Shown: positions 9,963-20,217, numbered from the stretch's first letter. The stretch is DNA of 64,000 bases from IMGVR_UViG_3300028654_000384:1-64000, one strand, 5' to 3'. Notes: generated by a model not told the origin, from the letters alone. A program made the numbers and translations.

Positions 9963-12900
9963 ATGGCGCAACTTAAGTTCGGTTCTGCAGGTGTCTCGAC
10001 GACGGAGATTGACCTCTCACAGCCCACTTCACAGCAGCCTGTCGGAGTACCCGCCGGCATCATCGGCACCGCGCTGAAGGGCCCCGCCTTCGTGCCCATT
10101 ACCGTCGGAGTGATCGACGACTTCTACGCCAAGTTCGGTCTCACTGACGGCAAAAAATTCGGGCCCATCGCCGTCTCCGAATGGCTCCGCAATGCAGGCG
10201 CCGTCACTTACCTTAGGGTCCTCGGAGTTGGCGACGGCACCACGCGCCAGACCAACGGCGACGTCAACTCGGCAGGCTTCACCGTCGGTGAACAGCAACC
10301 CAACGCGACCAACGCAGGCAGCCTGGGTTCCAATCCCTACTCCAACGTCGGCGGTGCCCTGGGTCGCACCTACTTCTTGGGCGCCTTCATGGCCGAGACG
10401 TCGGGTTCCACGTTGTTCAGCCAGGCCGGCATCAATGCTGACGTCGCGGCCTTCACCGCGGCCCCCATCGTCCGCGGCGTGCTGATGGCCACGTCGGGCG
10501 TCATCCTGACGCTGTCGTCGTCGGTGTCAGGCGTCAACAGTGCCCCTGCCTCGAACACTGCGGTGGCCACCGATGCCGTAGGCTCGCCCCTCGGCGACGT
10601 CGTCTTGATGACCAGCGGCATTGCCCGTCAGGACTTCGTGCTGCTGATCAACGGCCTGACCAACACCAATCCGCTGTTCCCGAATGTCATCACCGCATCG
10701 TTCGACATGACGGCACCCAACTACTTTGGCAACGTCCTCAACACTAACCCGCTCAACCTGTCGCAGGCCGGTTACTGCCTCTACGCAGGTTGGGACATTC
10801 ACCCGTCGACGGCCGTCGTCACCGGGTCAGGCATCGTGTCGACCAAGTACGGTGCAGGGGCGGCCACGGTCTTTGCCGCCGGCATCGAGCCTTCGGCCTT
10901 CTTGTTGACGAGTTCGCTGGCACGTGACACGGGTAACTCACAGGTGCCTGATTACGAGGACTTCCGCGATCGTTTTAGTCACGCGCGCAGCTCGTGGGTC
11001 GTCAGCCAGCCCTTCGGCGGCCAGCCTCACAACCTGTTCCGCGTCCATGCCCTCGACGACGGCCACTACGCCTCTACTCTCTACAAGCTGTCGATCGAAA
11101 ATCTGGCTTATTCGTCGGATCCCACCAACCTGTACGGTAGCTTTGACCTCGTCCTACGCCAGTGGGGCGACAATGACCTGGCACCCACCTACATTGAACA
11201 GTGGCGTGGCCTGTCGCTCAATCCGTCTGACTCACGCTACATTGCGCAGGTCATCGGTGACATGAATGCCTACTTTGACTTCGATCGTGGGCCCACCGCA
11301 CAGAAGCTCGTCATCAATGGCAACTATCCGAACGCGTCCAACTACGTCCGCATTGAGATGGATGCCAACGTCGACGCCGGTGAAGTCGATCCGACGGCGC
11401 TGCCCGTCGGCATCCGTGGCGCCCGCCACCTCATCACTGCGGGGTCAGGCACCCTGGCCGCGCCGACCAATCGCATCGTGTCGGGTAGCAACAATGAACT
11501 GTTGATCAGCTCGACCGTTGCCTTTGCGTCGACGGTCGAGCCGCCGGTGCCGATGCGACAGAACTTGACGCAGGGGTCGGGCGCCAAGTTGCAGGTGCAG
11601 CCGCTGTTGTACTGGGGCGTGCAGTTTGAACACGTGCCCGCCGTCGCCACGCCCAATGCGACGTCGCAGCCCAACAATTCATTGAAGTCGTTCGCCAAGT
11701 TCTTCCCCGAGATGAGGACGGACATTCAGAACTTCCGGGTGGGTGATAACCCGGGTGCAGTCACCAGCGCCGGCGCCGTCGTCGACGCCGACAAGTTCAA
11801 TCTCAACATGTTCACCCTGATGAACGTGCAGGTCGTCACCAACTCGGCGGGCACCGCCGATCCCAACCAGTGGGTCAATGCAACCTACGTCCGCAATGGC
11901 AACATTGTTACCAACAACGTCGCGGCAACGCGGGCCTTGCTGACGACGGACTTCATTCAGGCCAACCGCCGCTTCTTGAAGTGGTCGTTCTTCATGCAGG
12001 GTGGTTTCAGCGGCGTCAACATCTTTGACAACGACGAGGCGACACTCTCTAACGCCGCCGTCGAGGCCGACATGAATGCGACCAACCGCGGCTTCAACGT
12101 GGGCCCGACAGTGTCGGCCTACGCCAAGGCTTTGCAGGTGATGGGCGACGTCGCCGGCGTCGACATCGAGCTGTTGGCCGTCCCGGGCATCAGGCACCCC
12201 GTCGTCACCGACAATGCGATCGCGACGGTTGAGCAGCGCTTTGACGCCCTGTTCATCATGGACATTGAACAGTACGATGTCAGCAATCAGGCAGTGACGT
12301 CGGACAGCCAGCAACCGTCGGTGACGCTGACGGCGGCCAACTTCGCCTCCCGTGCCGTCAACAGCAGCTTCGGTGCCGCCTACTTCCCCGACGTGGTGAT
12401 GCCCGATCCCAACACCGGCACCAACCTGTACGTGCCGCCGTCGGTCGCCGTCCTGGGAGCACTGGCCCTCAACGATGCAGTGGGTCACCCGTGGTTCGCT
12501 CCGGCGGGTTTCACTCGCGGAGCGCTGCAGACGACGCTTGAGGCCCGTGTCAAGCTGTCGAAGACCAACATGGACGTTCTGTACGATGTCAACGTCAATC
12601 CGATCGTTGCCTTCCCGGGCAACGCGACGGGGGGTACCAACCCGAAGGGTGGAGTGGTCGTATGGGGTCAGAAGACTTTGCAACAGGCGGCATCGGCCCT
12701 CGACCGCGTCAACGTTCGTCGCCTGCTGATTGAGATCAGGCGGCAGGTCAGGGACATCTCCAACACTGTCATATTTGAGCCCAACCGCGACGCTACGTTG
12801 GCGGCTTTCTCGGCCGCCGTCACTCCGGTCCTTCAAAGGATCCAGGCACAGGCAGGTCTCGAGCGCTTCAAGGTCGTCATCGACAGCAGCACCACGTCTC

Positions 12901-13013
12901 AGCTCGATGTAGAAAATAACACAATTCGTGGAAAAGTGTTTGTCATCCCGACGAAGAGCATCGAGTATGTTAGCATTGACTTCATCGTGACCAACGCGCT
13001 CAACCAACAGTAA
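9963..13013 (+). CDS. Tail sheath protein 2
   Basis: SAGVSTTEID, GTALKGPAFVP, PWFAPAGFTRG, WGQKTLQQAASALDRVNVRRLL, FEPN and IEYVSIDF motifs. Confidence 0.92.
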   Translation: MAQLKFGSAGVSTTEIDLSQPTSQQPVGVPAGIIGTALKGPAFVPITVGVIDDFYAKFGLTDGKKFGPIAVSEWLRNAGAVTYLRVLGVGDGTTRQTNGDVNSAGFTVGEQQPNATNAGSLGSNPYSNVGGALGRTYFLGAFMAETSGSTLFSQAGINADVAAFTAAPIVRGVLMATSGVILTLSSSVSGVNSAPASNTAVATDAVGSPLGDVVLMTSGIARQDFVLLINGLTNTNPLFPNVITASFDMTAPNYFGNVLNTNPLNLSQAGYCLYAGWDIHPSTAVVTGSGIVSTKYGAGAATVFAAGIEPSAFLLTSSLARDTGNSQVPDYEDFRDRFSHARSSWVVSQPFGGQPHNLFRVHALDDGHYASTLYKLSIENLAYSSDPTNLYGSFDLVLRQWGDNDLAPTYIEQWRGLSLNPSDSRYIAQVIGDMNAYFDFDRGPTAQKLVINGNYPNASNYVRIEMDANVDAGEVDPTALPVGIRGARHLITAGSGTLAAPTNRIVSGSNNELLISSTVAFASTVEPPVPMRQNLTQGSGAKLQVQPLLYWGVQFEHVPAVATPNATSQPNNSLKSFAKFFPEMRTDIQNFRVGDNPGAVTSAGAVVDADKFNLNMFTLMNVQVVTNSAGTADPNQWVNATYVRNGNIVTNNVAATRALLTTDFIQANRRFLKWSFFMQGGFSGVNIFDNDEATLSNAAVEADMNATNRGFNVGPTVSAYAKALQVMGDVAGVDIELLAVPGIRHPVVTDNAIATVEQRFDALFIMDIEQYDVSNQAVTSDSQQPSVTLTAANFASRAVNSSFGAAYFPDVVMPDPNTGTNLYVPPSVAVLGALALNDAVGHPWFAPAGFTRGALQTTLEARVKLSKTNMDVLYDVNVNPIVAFPGNATGGTNPKGGVVVWGQKTLQQAASALDRVNVRRLLIEIRRQVRDISNTVIFEPNRDATLAAFSAAVTPVLQRIQAQAGLERFKVVIDSSTTSQLDVENNTIRGKVFVIPTKSIEYVSIDFIVTNALNQQ

Positions 13014-13014
13014 C

Positions 13015-13043
13015 GTGAACAGCCTGCCCGTGCAGGTTAAGAT
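13015..13043 (+). promoter_or_regulatory. Sigma70-like promoter GTGAAC-17-TAAGAT
   Basis: -35 at 13015-13020 and -10 at 13038-13043, before ATG 13057. Confidence 0.65.
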
Positions 13044-13056
13044 GAACTAACACCAC

Positions 13057-13848
13057 ATGTTCATCGTCTACAAGCACATCAATCGAGTCAACGGCAAAGT
13101 GTACATCGGTTACACAGCCAATGGGGTCGATGAACGTTGGCGTGGGCACTGTTATGCCGCTTCTTCAGGTGAGGAGCTCGTGTTTTCGCATGCAATTAGA
13201 AAGTACGGTGTAGATGCCTTTGCACATGATGTGTTAGAGACATGTGCGACAAAGCAACAAGCGTGTGAGGTTGAAATTCGATTGATCGCCGAACACAACA
13301 CCATGGTTCCGCACGGCTATAATATGACACACGGTGGTGAGCGTCGGGTCGGAGAATGGAATCCGATGGCCAAACTCACCGAAGATGATGTCCTTACGAT
13401 CAAGAATACGTGGAACACTCTGCGGCTCGATAATGCGGACGTAATTGGTGACTTCTATCGTCGCTTTGCTCAGAAGTTGAGTGTGACTGCAGACTTGATC
13501 TGTCAAATCATCAAGGGACGATTGTGGTCTCATGTTGGACCTGAACTTGTGAATGTCAACGTGAGTCACCGCGGCAAGGGCAAAGCTGCAGGTGAGAAAA
13601 TGAAGCAACGATGGGCCGACGCGGAGTTCCATGAAGTGCAATCACTCAAGCGCCGCGGCGAAAATAACGGTAGATCAGTGGTGACCGAAGACATTGTCAG
13701 GGCACTGCGCCTTGAGTTCGATCAGCTTGATACGAGCACTAAAGGTGTTACCAAGTCGTTCTGCGTGAAGCATGGTGAACGTCTCGGCGTGACCAGTGAG
13801 AACATCTATGGCATCGTCAAGCGCAAGTCGTGGAAAAACGTCGTCTAA
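13057..13848 (+). mobile_element. Free-standing GIY-YIG homing endonuclease with two HTH-like modules
   Basis: IVYKHIN..NGKVYIGYT, GYNMTHGG, KLTEDDV..I and I.GIVKRKSW; AT-richer than flanks. Confidence 0.88.
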
Positions 13849-13878
13849 TCCTGCGCTACGTCACCTAACGCGTGAGAA

Positions 13879-13910
13879 TGTGCGGGTGCCGACCATACTT
13901 ACTCCTCATG
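13879..13910 (+). promoter_or_regulatory. Late-type promoter block (TACTTA 13896-13901), imperfectly repeated at 18546
   Basis: TGTGCGGGTGCCGACCATACTTACTCCTCATG versus TGTGCGGGTGACGAATACTTACTTTCATCATG. Confidence 0.7.
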
Positions 13911-14195
13911 AAGCTATCGGCACTGCGCCTTGTCGTCCGCGAAGAGTTGTCCCGTCTCAACGAGGTTTCCTTCGCACAGGCGGGTGCCGATCAGCCCCTG
14001 ACGCAGTTCATCAAGCACCTCAACATGGCCAAGGCCGACCTGAATGAGCTGTTTCAACAGACGACTGACACCAAGGCCGGCAATACGGCGACGAAGCTGC
14101 TCAACCAGCTCAACGCCATCATCCTGTCGCTCGACCATGCACCTGAACTGACGAAGAACCCGTTCGCCGACGCGGGACGAAAGGCACGCCGATGA
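13908..14195 (+). CDS. Leader-bearing hypothetical protein (MKLSALRLVVREE)
   Basis: Start reassigned to ATG 13908, just after the late motif. Confidence 0.7.
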   Translation: MKLSALRLVVREELSRLNEVSFAQAGADQPLTQFIKHLNMAKADLNELFQQTTDTKAGNTATKLLNQLNAIILSLDHAPELTKNPFADAGRKARR

Positions 14196-14557
14196 AGCTC
14201 TCACAGAAGCAACTACGACAGATCATCAATGAAGTTGCAGGTCAGAGGATGACCGAGGCCGGCGACGACGGGCGGACGAGTTGGTCACGTGGGTACCGCA
14301 CGGGTGCAAACGAGCCGGACTACGAAGAACTCGGTGGCGCCCTCGCCGGTGCCGTCGTCAACAAGTTGACCAAGAACGTGCAGGATACCATTGACAGGAT
14401 CGTCGAGCACGTGTCGCCCGATGTTGAATTGCCGGCGCGCCTTGAAGACCTCGAAGCTGCAGCCTACGATATCGTCGAAGGGGCGATGCCGATGATCAGG
14501 GACGCGCTTGAGCGGTTGGCCGAGGCGCTGCTACGTAGTCTGATGAACCCCGAGTGA
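14192..14557 (+). CDS. Leader-bearing hypothetical acidic protein (MKLSQKQLRQIINE)
   Basis: ATGA overlap with the upstream gene. Confidence 0.7.
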   Translation: MKLSQKQLRQIINEVAGQRMTEAGDDGRTSWSRGYRTGANEPDYEELGGALAGAVVNKLTKNVQDTIDRIVEHVSPDVELPARLEDLEAAAYDIVEGAMPMIRDALERLAEALLRSLMNPE

Positions 14558-16213
14558 TCAGTAACTGATCTCGTAGGTCAGGTTCTTGCAACCGTAGATC
14601 CTGACGACGCCCGCTTCTTGTGCGACTTGTGCTTCTGTCAATCCCCGCGACTTATCAGCCTTGTACTTGAAGCGATTGAAGCGGTGATTGAAGTCCGTCC
14701 ACCAAAAGCGAGGTGGTGATTCACCTGTCTGGTGCCACCCTGCAGATGACCAACTGTTTGACGCACCCAAGCGGGTGTCGACGTATGACAATAGCCTTTG
14801 GCATCCCAGCTCTTTGGCCCTTGCTTGGGCACTCGATGTCAGCCTGCTCAACGCCCCGGGCACGTTGGTGCCAACCTTAGTGCAGAAGCGGGCAATTTCG
14901 AGGGCACCCTGGTGTTTCTTGTGCAGTGGCGTACGTATTGATAGTGCGGTGATGATTTCACCATTGTGACTCAATCCCAGTGCCCACGATGCCTGTGTGT
15001 CGCCGTCAATGTGATTGCGAGTGAAGAAAGATCTACGTTCAGCAGTATTGAGCTCGACGATGCTGCACTTGCGTGCTCCGACCATTACAGGCGTCAGGCC
15101 CAATCGGTGCGAGATCATAGATTCAACGATCGATCGCTTGTCACGCCACTCATCTTCAAAGACGTGGAGCAGGGTGATGCCCTTCGCTCTACACAGGTCG
15201 GTCTTGTTCTGGTGGTAGATCGCCGACTTGTGGACGATGCTGTGCCAGTAGAGGCCGTTGTACTCGATCGCTAGCGACACAGCAGGCACGAAGATGTCGA
15301 GCTCGAGTCCCTCGATCTGACCGCGATCGTTGGTGGTGATGTCGCTCGTCAATTCCCTGACATAGTTCGCAACGTCCTGTTGCCCTCGGCTACCACCGGG
15401 ATCACAGGCATAGCACCGTCCGTGTTGCAGGCGCCTGAGCGAGCTCGTCCACTGGACCCCGCACTGTGAGCATGCGACTTCAATATTGCTTGTCTTGTCG
15501 TCGACGTATGAATTTAGGCTGTCATTGATCACGCGCAGCGTGGTGCCTTCCTCGATGCGGACCTTGACGTCATCGACCTTCAATCTCTTCATGTCGTCGA
15601 GGTGTTGCCTGAGCTTGGCCTGTGAGTGAGCCAGCGAGACCTTCGCTGCCATGTCCTTGATCCTCTGATCATTCTCCTTGTTCAGGCCTTTGGCCCAGGG
15701 CGTCAGTTCGCCCGAAGCAAAGCGTCCACGTTGATTGTCAGCGAATTCTTGTAGCCTCGAGTCAGTCTCCTTGGTCAGGCCCTTCGACCACGCGACGATG
15801 GTACCCGCATCGAATGCTGCCTGGCGACCCACGCTGGTGGCTTGAGCGCGAGCTGCGACGCGCTCGTCAGTTTCCTTGGTCAGGCCCTTTGACCAACTCT
15901 CTTTACCTACGAGCTTCTCACGTCGTTTTTGTGAGATCTCCTCGGCTTTATCGGCGTCGTACAATGCGTAGATGTTGCCATTGTGGCCGCGCAGTAGGTT
16001 GCCATAGCCTTGTCGCCAACCCAACCATGTGGTGACTTGTTGGCACCCACAGGCACATAGCTTGGGACCTGAATTGAGCTCATTCCATAACGTTTGTGAA
16101 GACGTCTGGTGTGCTGTGGTCAGGTGGGTCTCAAAAGTTGTCTGGCGCTTCGATGAGAATGAACTGCACAGTGGACAAGTGATGGGTTCGACTGTCTGAC
16201 CTAGTTGTGCCAT
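14558..16213 (-). mobile_element. Hef/Vsr-like endonuclease: Zn finger, WxKGLxKE repeats, nuclease domain, C-terminal GNAT/Mom-like domain
   Basis: CPLC..HLTTAH, CACGC, three W.KGL.KE.D.R repeats, ELDIFVP..IEYNGLYWHS, FF..NH..G, E..RFC and LSYVD.R.G motifs. Confidence 0.75.
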
Positions 16214-16218
16214 GGTTG

Positions 16219-16247
16219 ATTATACGTATCCACCTATTCTTGTATAG
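16219..16247 (-). promoter_or_regulatory. Leaderless promoter CTATAC-17-TATAAT on the minus strand
   Basis: Perfect TATAAT 5 nt from the ATG of the 16213 gene; the same -35 occurs at 49980. Confidence 0.6.
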
Positions 16248-16289
16248 TGCACTTGAGTGAGTTTTAGGTCATAATCCTAGATGACGTGA

Positions 16290-16295
16290 TAGTTA
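16290..16295 (+). promoter_or_regulatory. Late-type promoter motif TAGTTA
   Basis: Upstream of GGAG and the tail tube ATG 16337. Confidence 0.6.
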
Positions 16296-16336
16296 GCCTT
16301 GAATGGTGCACCACGCACCCCCAAATGGAGATAAAA

Positions 16337-16825
16337 ATGGCCGAAACGCTCGACGTGACAAGCATGCTTCCCAACAAATTCGAACCCAAGCGCAAGAACC
16401 GTTGGGTGCTCCAGATTGAAGGCGTTGACGCCTACATCATCAAGACGGCCGCGCGGCCCACGGTGACGACGGAGCCCGTCGAGATTCCCTTCATCAACAG
16501 CCGCCGTTACTTGGCCGGGCTGACGAAGTACGGCACCATCGCCGTCACCTTGCACGATCCCATCGCACCGTCGGGCGCGCAGCAGGTGATGGAGTGGGTG
16601 CGACTGCACTTCGAGAGCGTGTCGGGTCGGTCGGGCTACGCCGACTTCTACAAGCGTGACATTCAGCTGAAACTTCTCGATCCCGTTGGGACGGTGGTGG
16701 AGTTATGGGATGTTAAAGGTGCGCTGATCACCGAGGCCAACTTCGGTGAACTCACCTATGAAGACGGCACCCCTGTCGAGATCGCTCTCACTATTCAGGC
16801 GGATCAGTACGTTTTGCAGTTCTAA
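16337..16825 (+). CDS. Tail tube protein (gp19-like)
   Basis: FEPKRKNRW, IPFIN..RY.AG..K...I..TL.DPI.PSGAQ.VMEW.R, YKRDI.L.LLDP.G.VVE.W; start at MAETLDV. Confidence 0.9.
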   Translation: MAETLDVTSMLPNKFEPKRKNRWVLQIEGVDAYIIKTAARPTVTTEPVEIPFINSRRYLAGLTKYGTIAVTLHDPIAPSGAQQVMEWVRLHFESVSGRSGYADFYKRDIQLKLLDPVGTVVELWDVKGALITEANFGELTYEDGTPVEIALTIQADQYVLQF

Positions 16826-16846
16826 GCGACCTTAGTACACATTGGG

Positions 16847-16876
16847 TTGTACAACTTACGTGGGTCGTGGTACAAT
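16847..16876 (+). promoter_or_regulatory. Leaderless promoter TTGTAC-18-TACAAT
   Basis: -10 ends 6 nt before ATG 16883. Confidence 0.55.
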
Positions 16877-16882
16877 TGTGCC

Positions 16883-18538
16883 ATGGCCTACGATCGTTTA
16901 AAGTGTCAGCTGTGTGCCAAGGACTTCGGCCAAGAGGTTGGCTTCCTGCGCCATGTCGCCGACGTTCATGGACTACAACCCGACGAAGAACTTTACGTCA
17001 CGTGGACACTCGTACCTGCAGTCAAGCCCACCTGTGCCTGTGGTTGTGGCCAAGTCGTCAAGTGGAATGGGTGGAAAAAGGGGTACACGTCGAAGTACCT
17101 GCGGGGTCACAACGCTGCATCCGACACCGTCTTTGCCGATCCCGTTCGCGCAAAGGAGTTCGCAGAGAAACGCGCGAAAGGCTACGCCGACGGCAAGTAC
17201 TCGTCGTGGAACAAGGGCCTGACCAAGGAGAATGATCCACGCATTCAGGTGATCGCTGACAAGATCTCCGCATCGCTGATCGAGGGCTACGCTTCAGGGT
17301 CGATCGTTGACTGGCACGCGCTCGATCCTGATAAGGCCCGTGCCGCGGTAGCAAAGCAGTCAGCGACGAAGGCAGCTCGGTTCGCGTCAGGTGAATTGGT
17401 GCCGTGGAACAAGGGTGAAACGAAAGAGACCAATCCGATCATTGCTGCCGCAGCGGTGAAGATTGCCGCGCAGTACACACGCCCCAATGCCGGCGCGCGC
17501 ATCAAGCTCGACCAGGTGAAGGAGCGGATTGACGCACACGCTGACAAGTTCACCGCCGTGTCTGACCTGAGCGAGTACACGACTCGTCGCGTTGCTCGGC
17601 TCAAATTTCGCTGCACTGTCTGCGGCACCGAACAGAGCAAGAGCCTCGCCATGCTCGAGGAGTGTCCCGTCTGCTTCACCTGTCACCCGAAGGAGTCGAA
17701 GGGTCAACTCGAGGTCTACGACTTCGTCAAGGCGCTGTCACCCGACGCTGTGCTGTCAGATCGCACCGTCATCGCTCCACTAGAGCTCGACGTCTTTGTC
17801 CCCTCGCACAAGTTGGGCATCGAGTACAACGGCCTTTACTTCCACAGTGCCGAGTGCCTCACTGACCCGAACTATCACCAGCGCAAGCTCGAGGCCTGTC
17901 TCACCGCCGGCATCAACCTGTTTTCCGTCTACGAGGACGAGTGGCGTGATCGCCGGCCCATCATCGAGGCCATGATCCGTCACCGCCTGTTGTCACCCAC
18001 CGTCACCTACCACGCTCGTAAGTTGTCGGTCGTCGAGCTACCAACCGCTCAGGCTCGTGCCTTCTTTGACGCCAACCACCTCGAGGGCTATGCACGGTCG
18101 TCGGTCACCCTCGGCCTCGTCGATACCAAAGATGGTGTGGTCGCCGCCATGGCACTGCGCAGGCCCTTTCACCGAGGCCATGCCTCATCATACGAGGTGT
18201 CGCGGTGCTGTGCCAAGTTGGGCACCTCTGTCCGCGGTTGGCTGGGCAAGTTGACGACGCGTGCCGCGGGGTGGGCCGCCGAACGGGGTTCGGTGCAGCT
18301 GATGACCTACGTCGATGCTCGTGTCGGCAGGGGCACGGGCTATGAAGCGGCGGGTTGGCAGCTGGTCAAGGCATCGACGGGCATCCGCTTCTGGTGGACT
18401 GACTTCGATCACCGCTACAACCGCTTCAAGTTCAAGGCCGACAAGGCTCGAGGCATGACGCAGGCCCAAGTCGCTGATGAGGCAGGCGTCGTCCAGATCT
18501 TCGGCTGCACCAACTCATCATGGCGTTACGTGATCTGA
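16883..18538 (+). mobile_element. Hef/Vsr-like endonuclease with C-terminal GNAT/Mom-like domain (paralog of 14558-16213)
   Basis: CQLC..HVADVH, CACGC, WNKGLTKENDPR, ELDVFVP..IEYNGLYFHS, FFDANHLEG and LMTYVD.RVG.G.GY...GW motifs. Confidence 0.75.
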
Positions 18539-18545
18539 TCGTCAG

Positions 18546-18577
18546 TGTGCGGGTGACGAATACTTACTTTCATCATG
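18546..18577 (+). promoter_or_regulatory. Late-type promoter block (TACTTA 18561-18566)
   Basis: Imperfect copy of 13879-13910. Confidence 0.7.
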
Positions 18578-19012
18578 CAGCTCACCGAACGTCACCTCCG
18601 CGACCTCATCGGTCAGGTCATCACTGAAGCCAAGGGCAAGGATCGCGGCGCCGACGCTGCCAAGCAGGTGGCTGATGCTATCAAGGTGCTCATCACGGTG
18701 GGCCCCAAGGTCGAGAAGTACTTTGAGGAGAAGTTGTCTATGATGACGACGATCCCCGCTATGTTCTCTGACGAGCTCGAAGTAGAACATGTTGTCGACA
18801 AACTGCGTAATCTCATTGATAAGGCGGTGGAGCTCGACGATGTCGTGGTGCCTGTATACAAGGCCGCCGCAAAGGCTGCGCCCAAGGCTCCCACCCGCGA
18901 CCGCTCTCGCGGCCGCCTGGCCAACGCCAATCCTACCGCCGACGAGCGTTCACTGGGACTAAACAAGCGTCGTGAAATTCGGCGTCAGGCACGTGAGCGT
19001 GGTCGGACCTAG
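18575..19012 (+). CDS. Leader-bearing protein with a basic C-terminal tail
   Basis: MQLTERHLRDLIGQVITE; Arg-rich end (KRREIRRQARERGRT). Confidence 0.7.
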   Translation: MQLTERHLRDLIGQVITEAKGKDRGADAAKQVADAIKVLITVGPKVEKYFEEKLSMMTTIPAMFSDELEVEHVVDKLRNLIDKAVELDDVVVPVYKAAAKAAPKAPTRDRSRGRLANANPTADERSLGLNKRREIRRQARERGRT

Positions 19013-19020
19013 GCCACCAC

Positions 19021-19281
19021 ATGTCCTCCTGGCTCCGCGACGGCACCGCACCCCCACCGAGGGCCCTCGAAATAATCATCGGCCACTTCGATAGGGTTGC
19101 CTGTCCCACATACCTCGGGGCCATCTCGCTTGAAGTGGGGTGGAGCCTGGCCCGGACGCAGGAGATGGTGACGGTGCTGGTGCATCAGGGCTTGGTGCGT
19201 GAGCTGTCGATCGATGAAAAGCGGGCAATGGGTGGTGACGCTGACCACACAATCTACGTGCGCGTGTCAAAAGCGGCCTGA
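19021..19281 (+). CDS. Small protein, possibly winged helix-turn-helix
   Basis: LGAISLEVGWSLARTQEMVTVLVHQGLV resembles a wHTH. Confidence 0.45.
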   Translation: MSSWLRDGTAPPPRALEIIIGHFDRVACPTYLGAISLEVGWSLARTQEMVTVLVHQGLVRELSIDEKRAMGGDADHTIYVRVSKAA

Positions 19282-19347
19282 GATCACGCGGTAGCTGACA
19301 CCTATCCTCGTCGGTGGTGTATGATGACCATTGAACGAGGAATGCAC

Positions 19348-20217
19348 ATGTCAGACGAACGTGAACAGCGTAACCAGGTCTTTGCAGCGGCGCCCACCGC
19401 CGGCGTCGATGCGCGGATCCCGACTCAATCGGCCGTAGACAAGTTCAAGGCCGACTTCGGCATTGACATCCCGACGGAGACAGTGCCCCTGCCGTCGAAT
19501 GGCAAGGTCTACCCGCCGGCGTCGCCGCTCCACAATCAGGAGACGGTCGACATTCTACCCATGACGGCCCGCGAAGAGGACATCCTGACCAGCCGCGCCC
19601 TGATGAAGAAGGGCACCATCCTCAGTGAACTGATCAAGTCGTGCCTCGTCAACAAGGCCATCGACCCGCTCGACATGCTGATCGGTGATCGGACGGCAAT
19701 CATGGTCGCCATCCGGATCACGGGCTACGGCGCCGACTATGACACCGAAGTCGAGTGCAATGAGTGCCAGAACAAGTCGCCCAAGCCCTTTAACTTGGGT
19801 GAACTGCCCATCAGGCGCTTGGCACTGACACCTGTCGCCGACGGCCTCAACTTGTTTGAGTTCACGTTGCCGCTGACCAAGAAGGTGATCAGGTTCAAGT
19901 TCCTGACGGGCCGCGATGAGGAGCAGATCACGGCGACGGCGGACAGGCAGAAGAAGCTAAACCTACAGTCCGACGCGACGGTGACGACCAACCTGTTGTA
20001 CTGCATTCAGGCCATTGACGGCATCGAGGATCGGGCCAAGATCGCCTCCTTCGTCAGGATGATGCCCGCGCGGGACTCACTGGCGCTACGTAGCTATATC
20101 CGCGACAACGAACCCGGCATCATCATGCGGCAGGAGGTGACGTGCCCGTCCTGTGGATGTACGGAGGTGATCTCGATGCCAATTGGGATTACGTTCTTTT
20201 GGCCTGGCTCCAAGTGA
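19348..20217 (+). CDS. Tail assembly chaperone / baseplate hub assembly protein (gp26-like)
   Basis: VPLPS.GK.Y, PMTAREEDIL, LL.GDR.AI..AIRITGYG, two CxxC pairs, ends TFFWP; start at MSDEREQ after GAGGA. Confidence 0.75.
   Translation: MSDEREQRNQVFAAAPTAGVDARIPTQSAVDKFKADFGIDIPTETVPLPSNGKVYPPASPLHNQETVDILPMTAREEDILTSRALMKKGTILSELIKSCLVNKAIDPLDMLIGDRTAIMVAIRITGYGADYDTEVECNECQNKSPKPFNLGELPIRRLALTPVADGLNLFEFTLPLTKKVIRFKFLTGRDEEQITATADRQKKLNLQSDATVTTNLLYCIQAIDGIEDRAKIASFVRMMPARDSLALRSYIRDNEPGIIMRQEVTCPSCGCTEVISMPIGITFFWPGSK

Noticed and set aside
14556-14570. GATCAG-TAA-CTGATC hairpin at the convergent stop codons as a terminator
   Set aside because: Only 6 bp with a 3-nt loop and no U-tract.
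14552-18545. Composite transposon formed by the two inverted nuclease genes around the tube gene
   Set aside because: The ends share only GATCAG; there are no real terminal inverted repeats, target duplication or transposase motifs.
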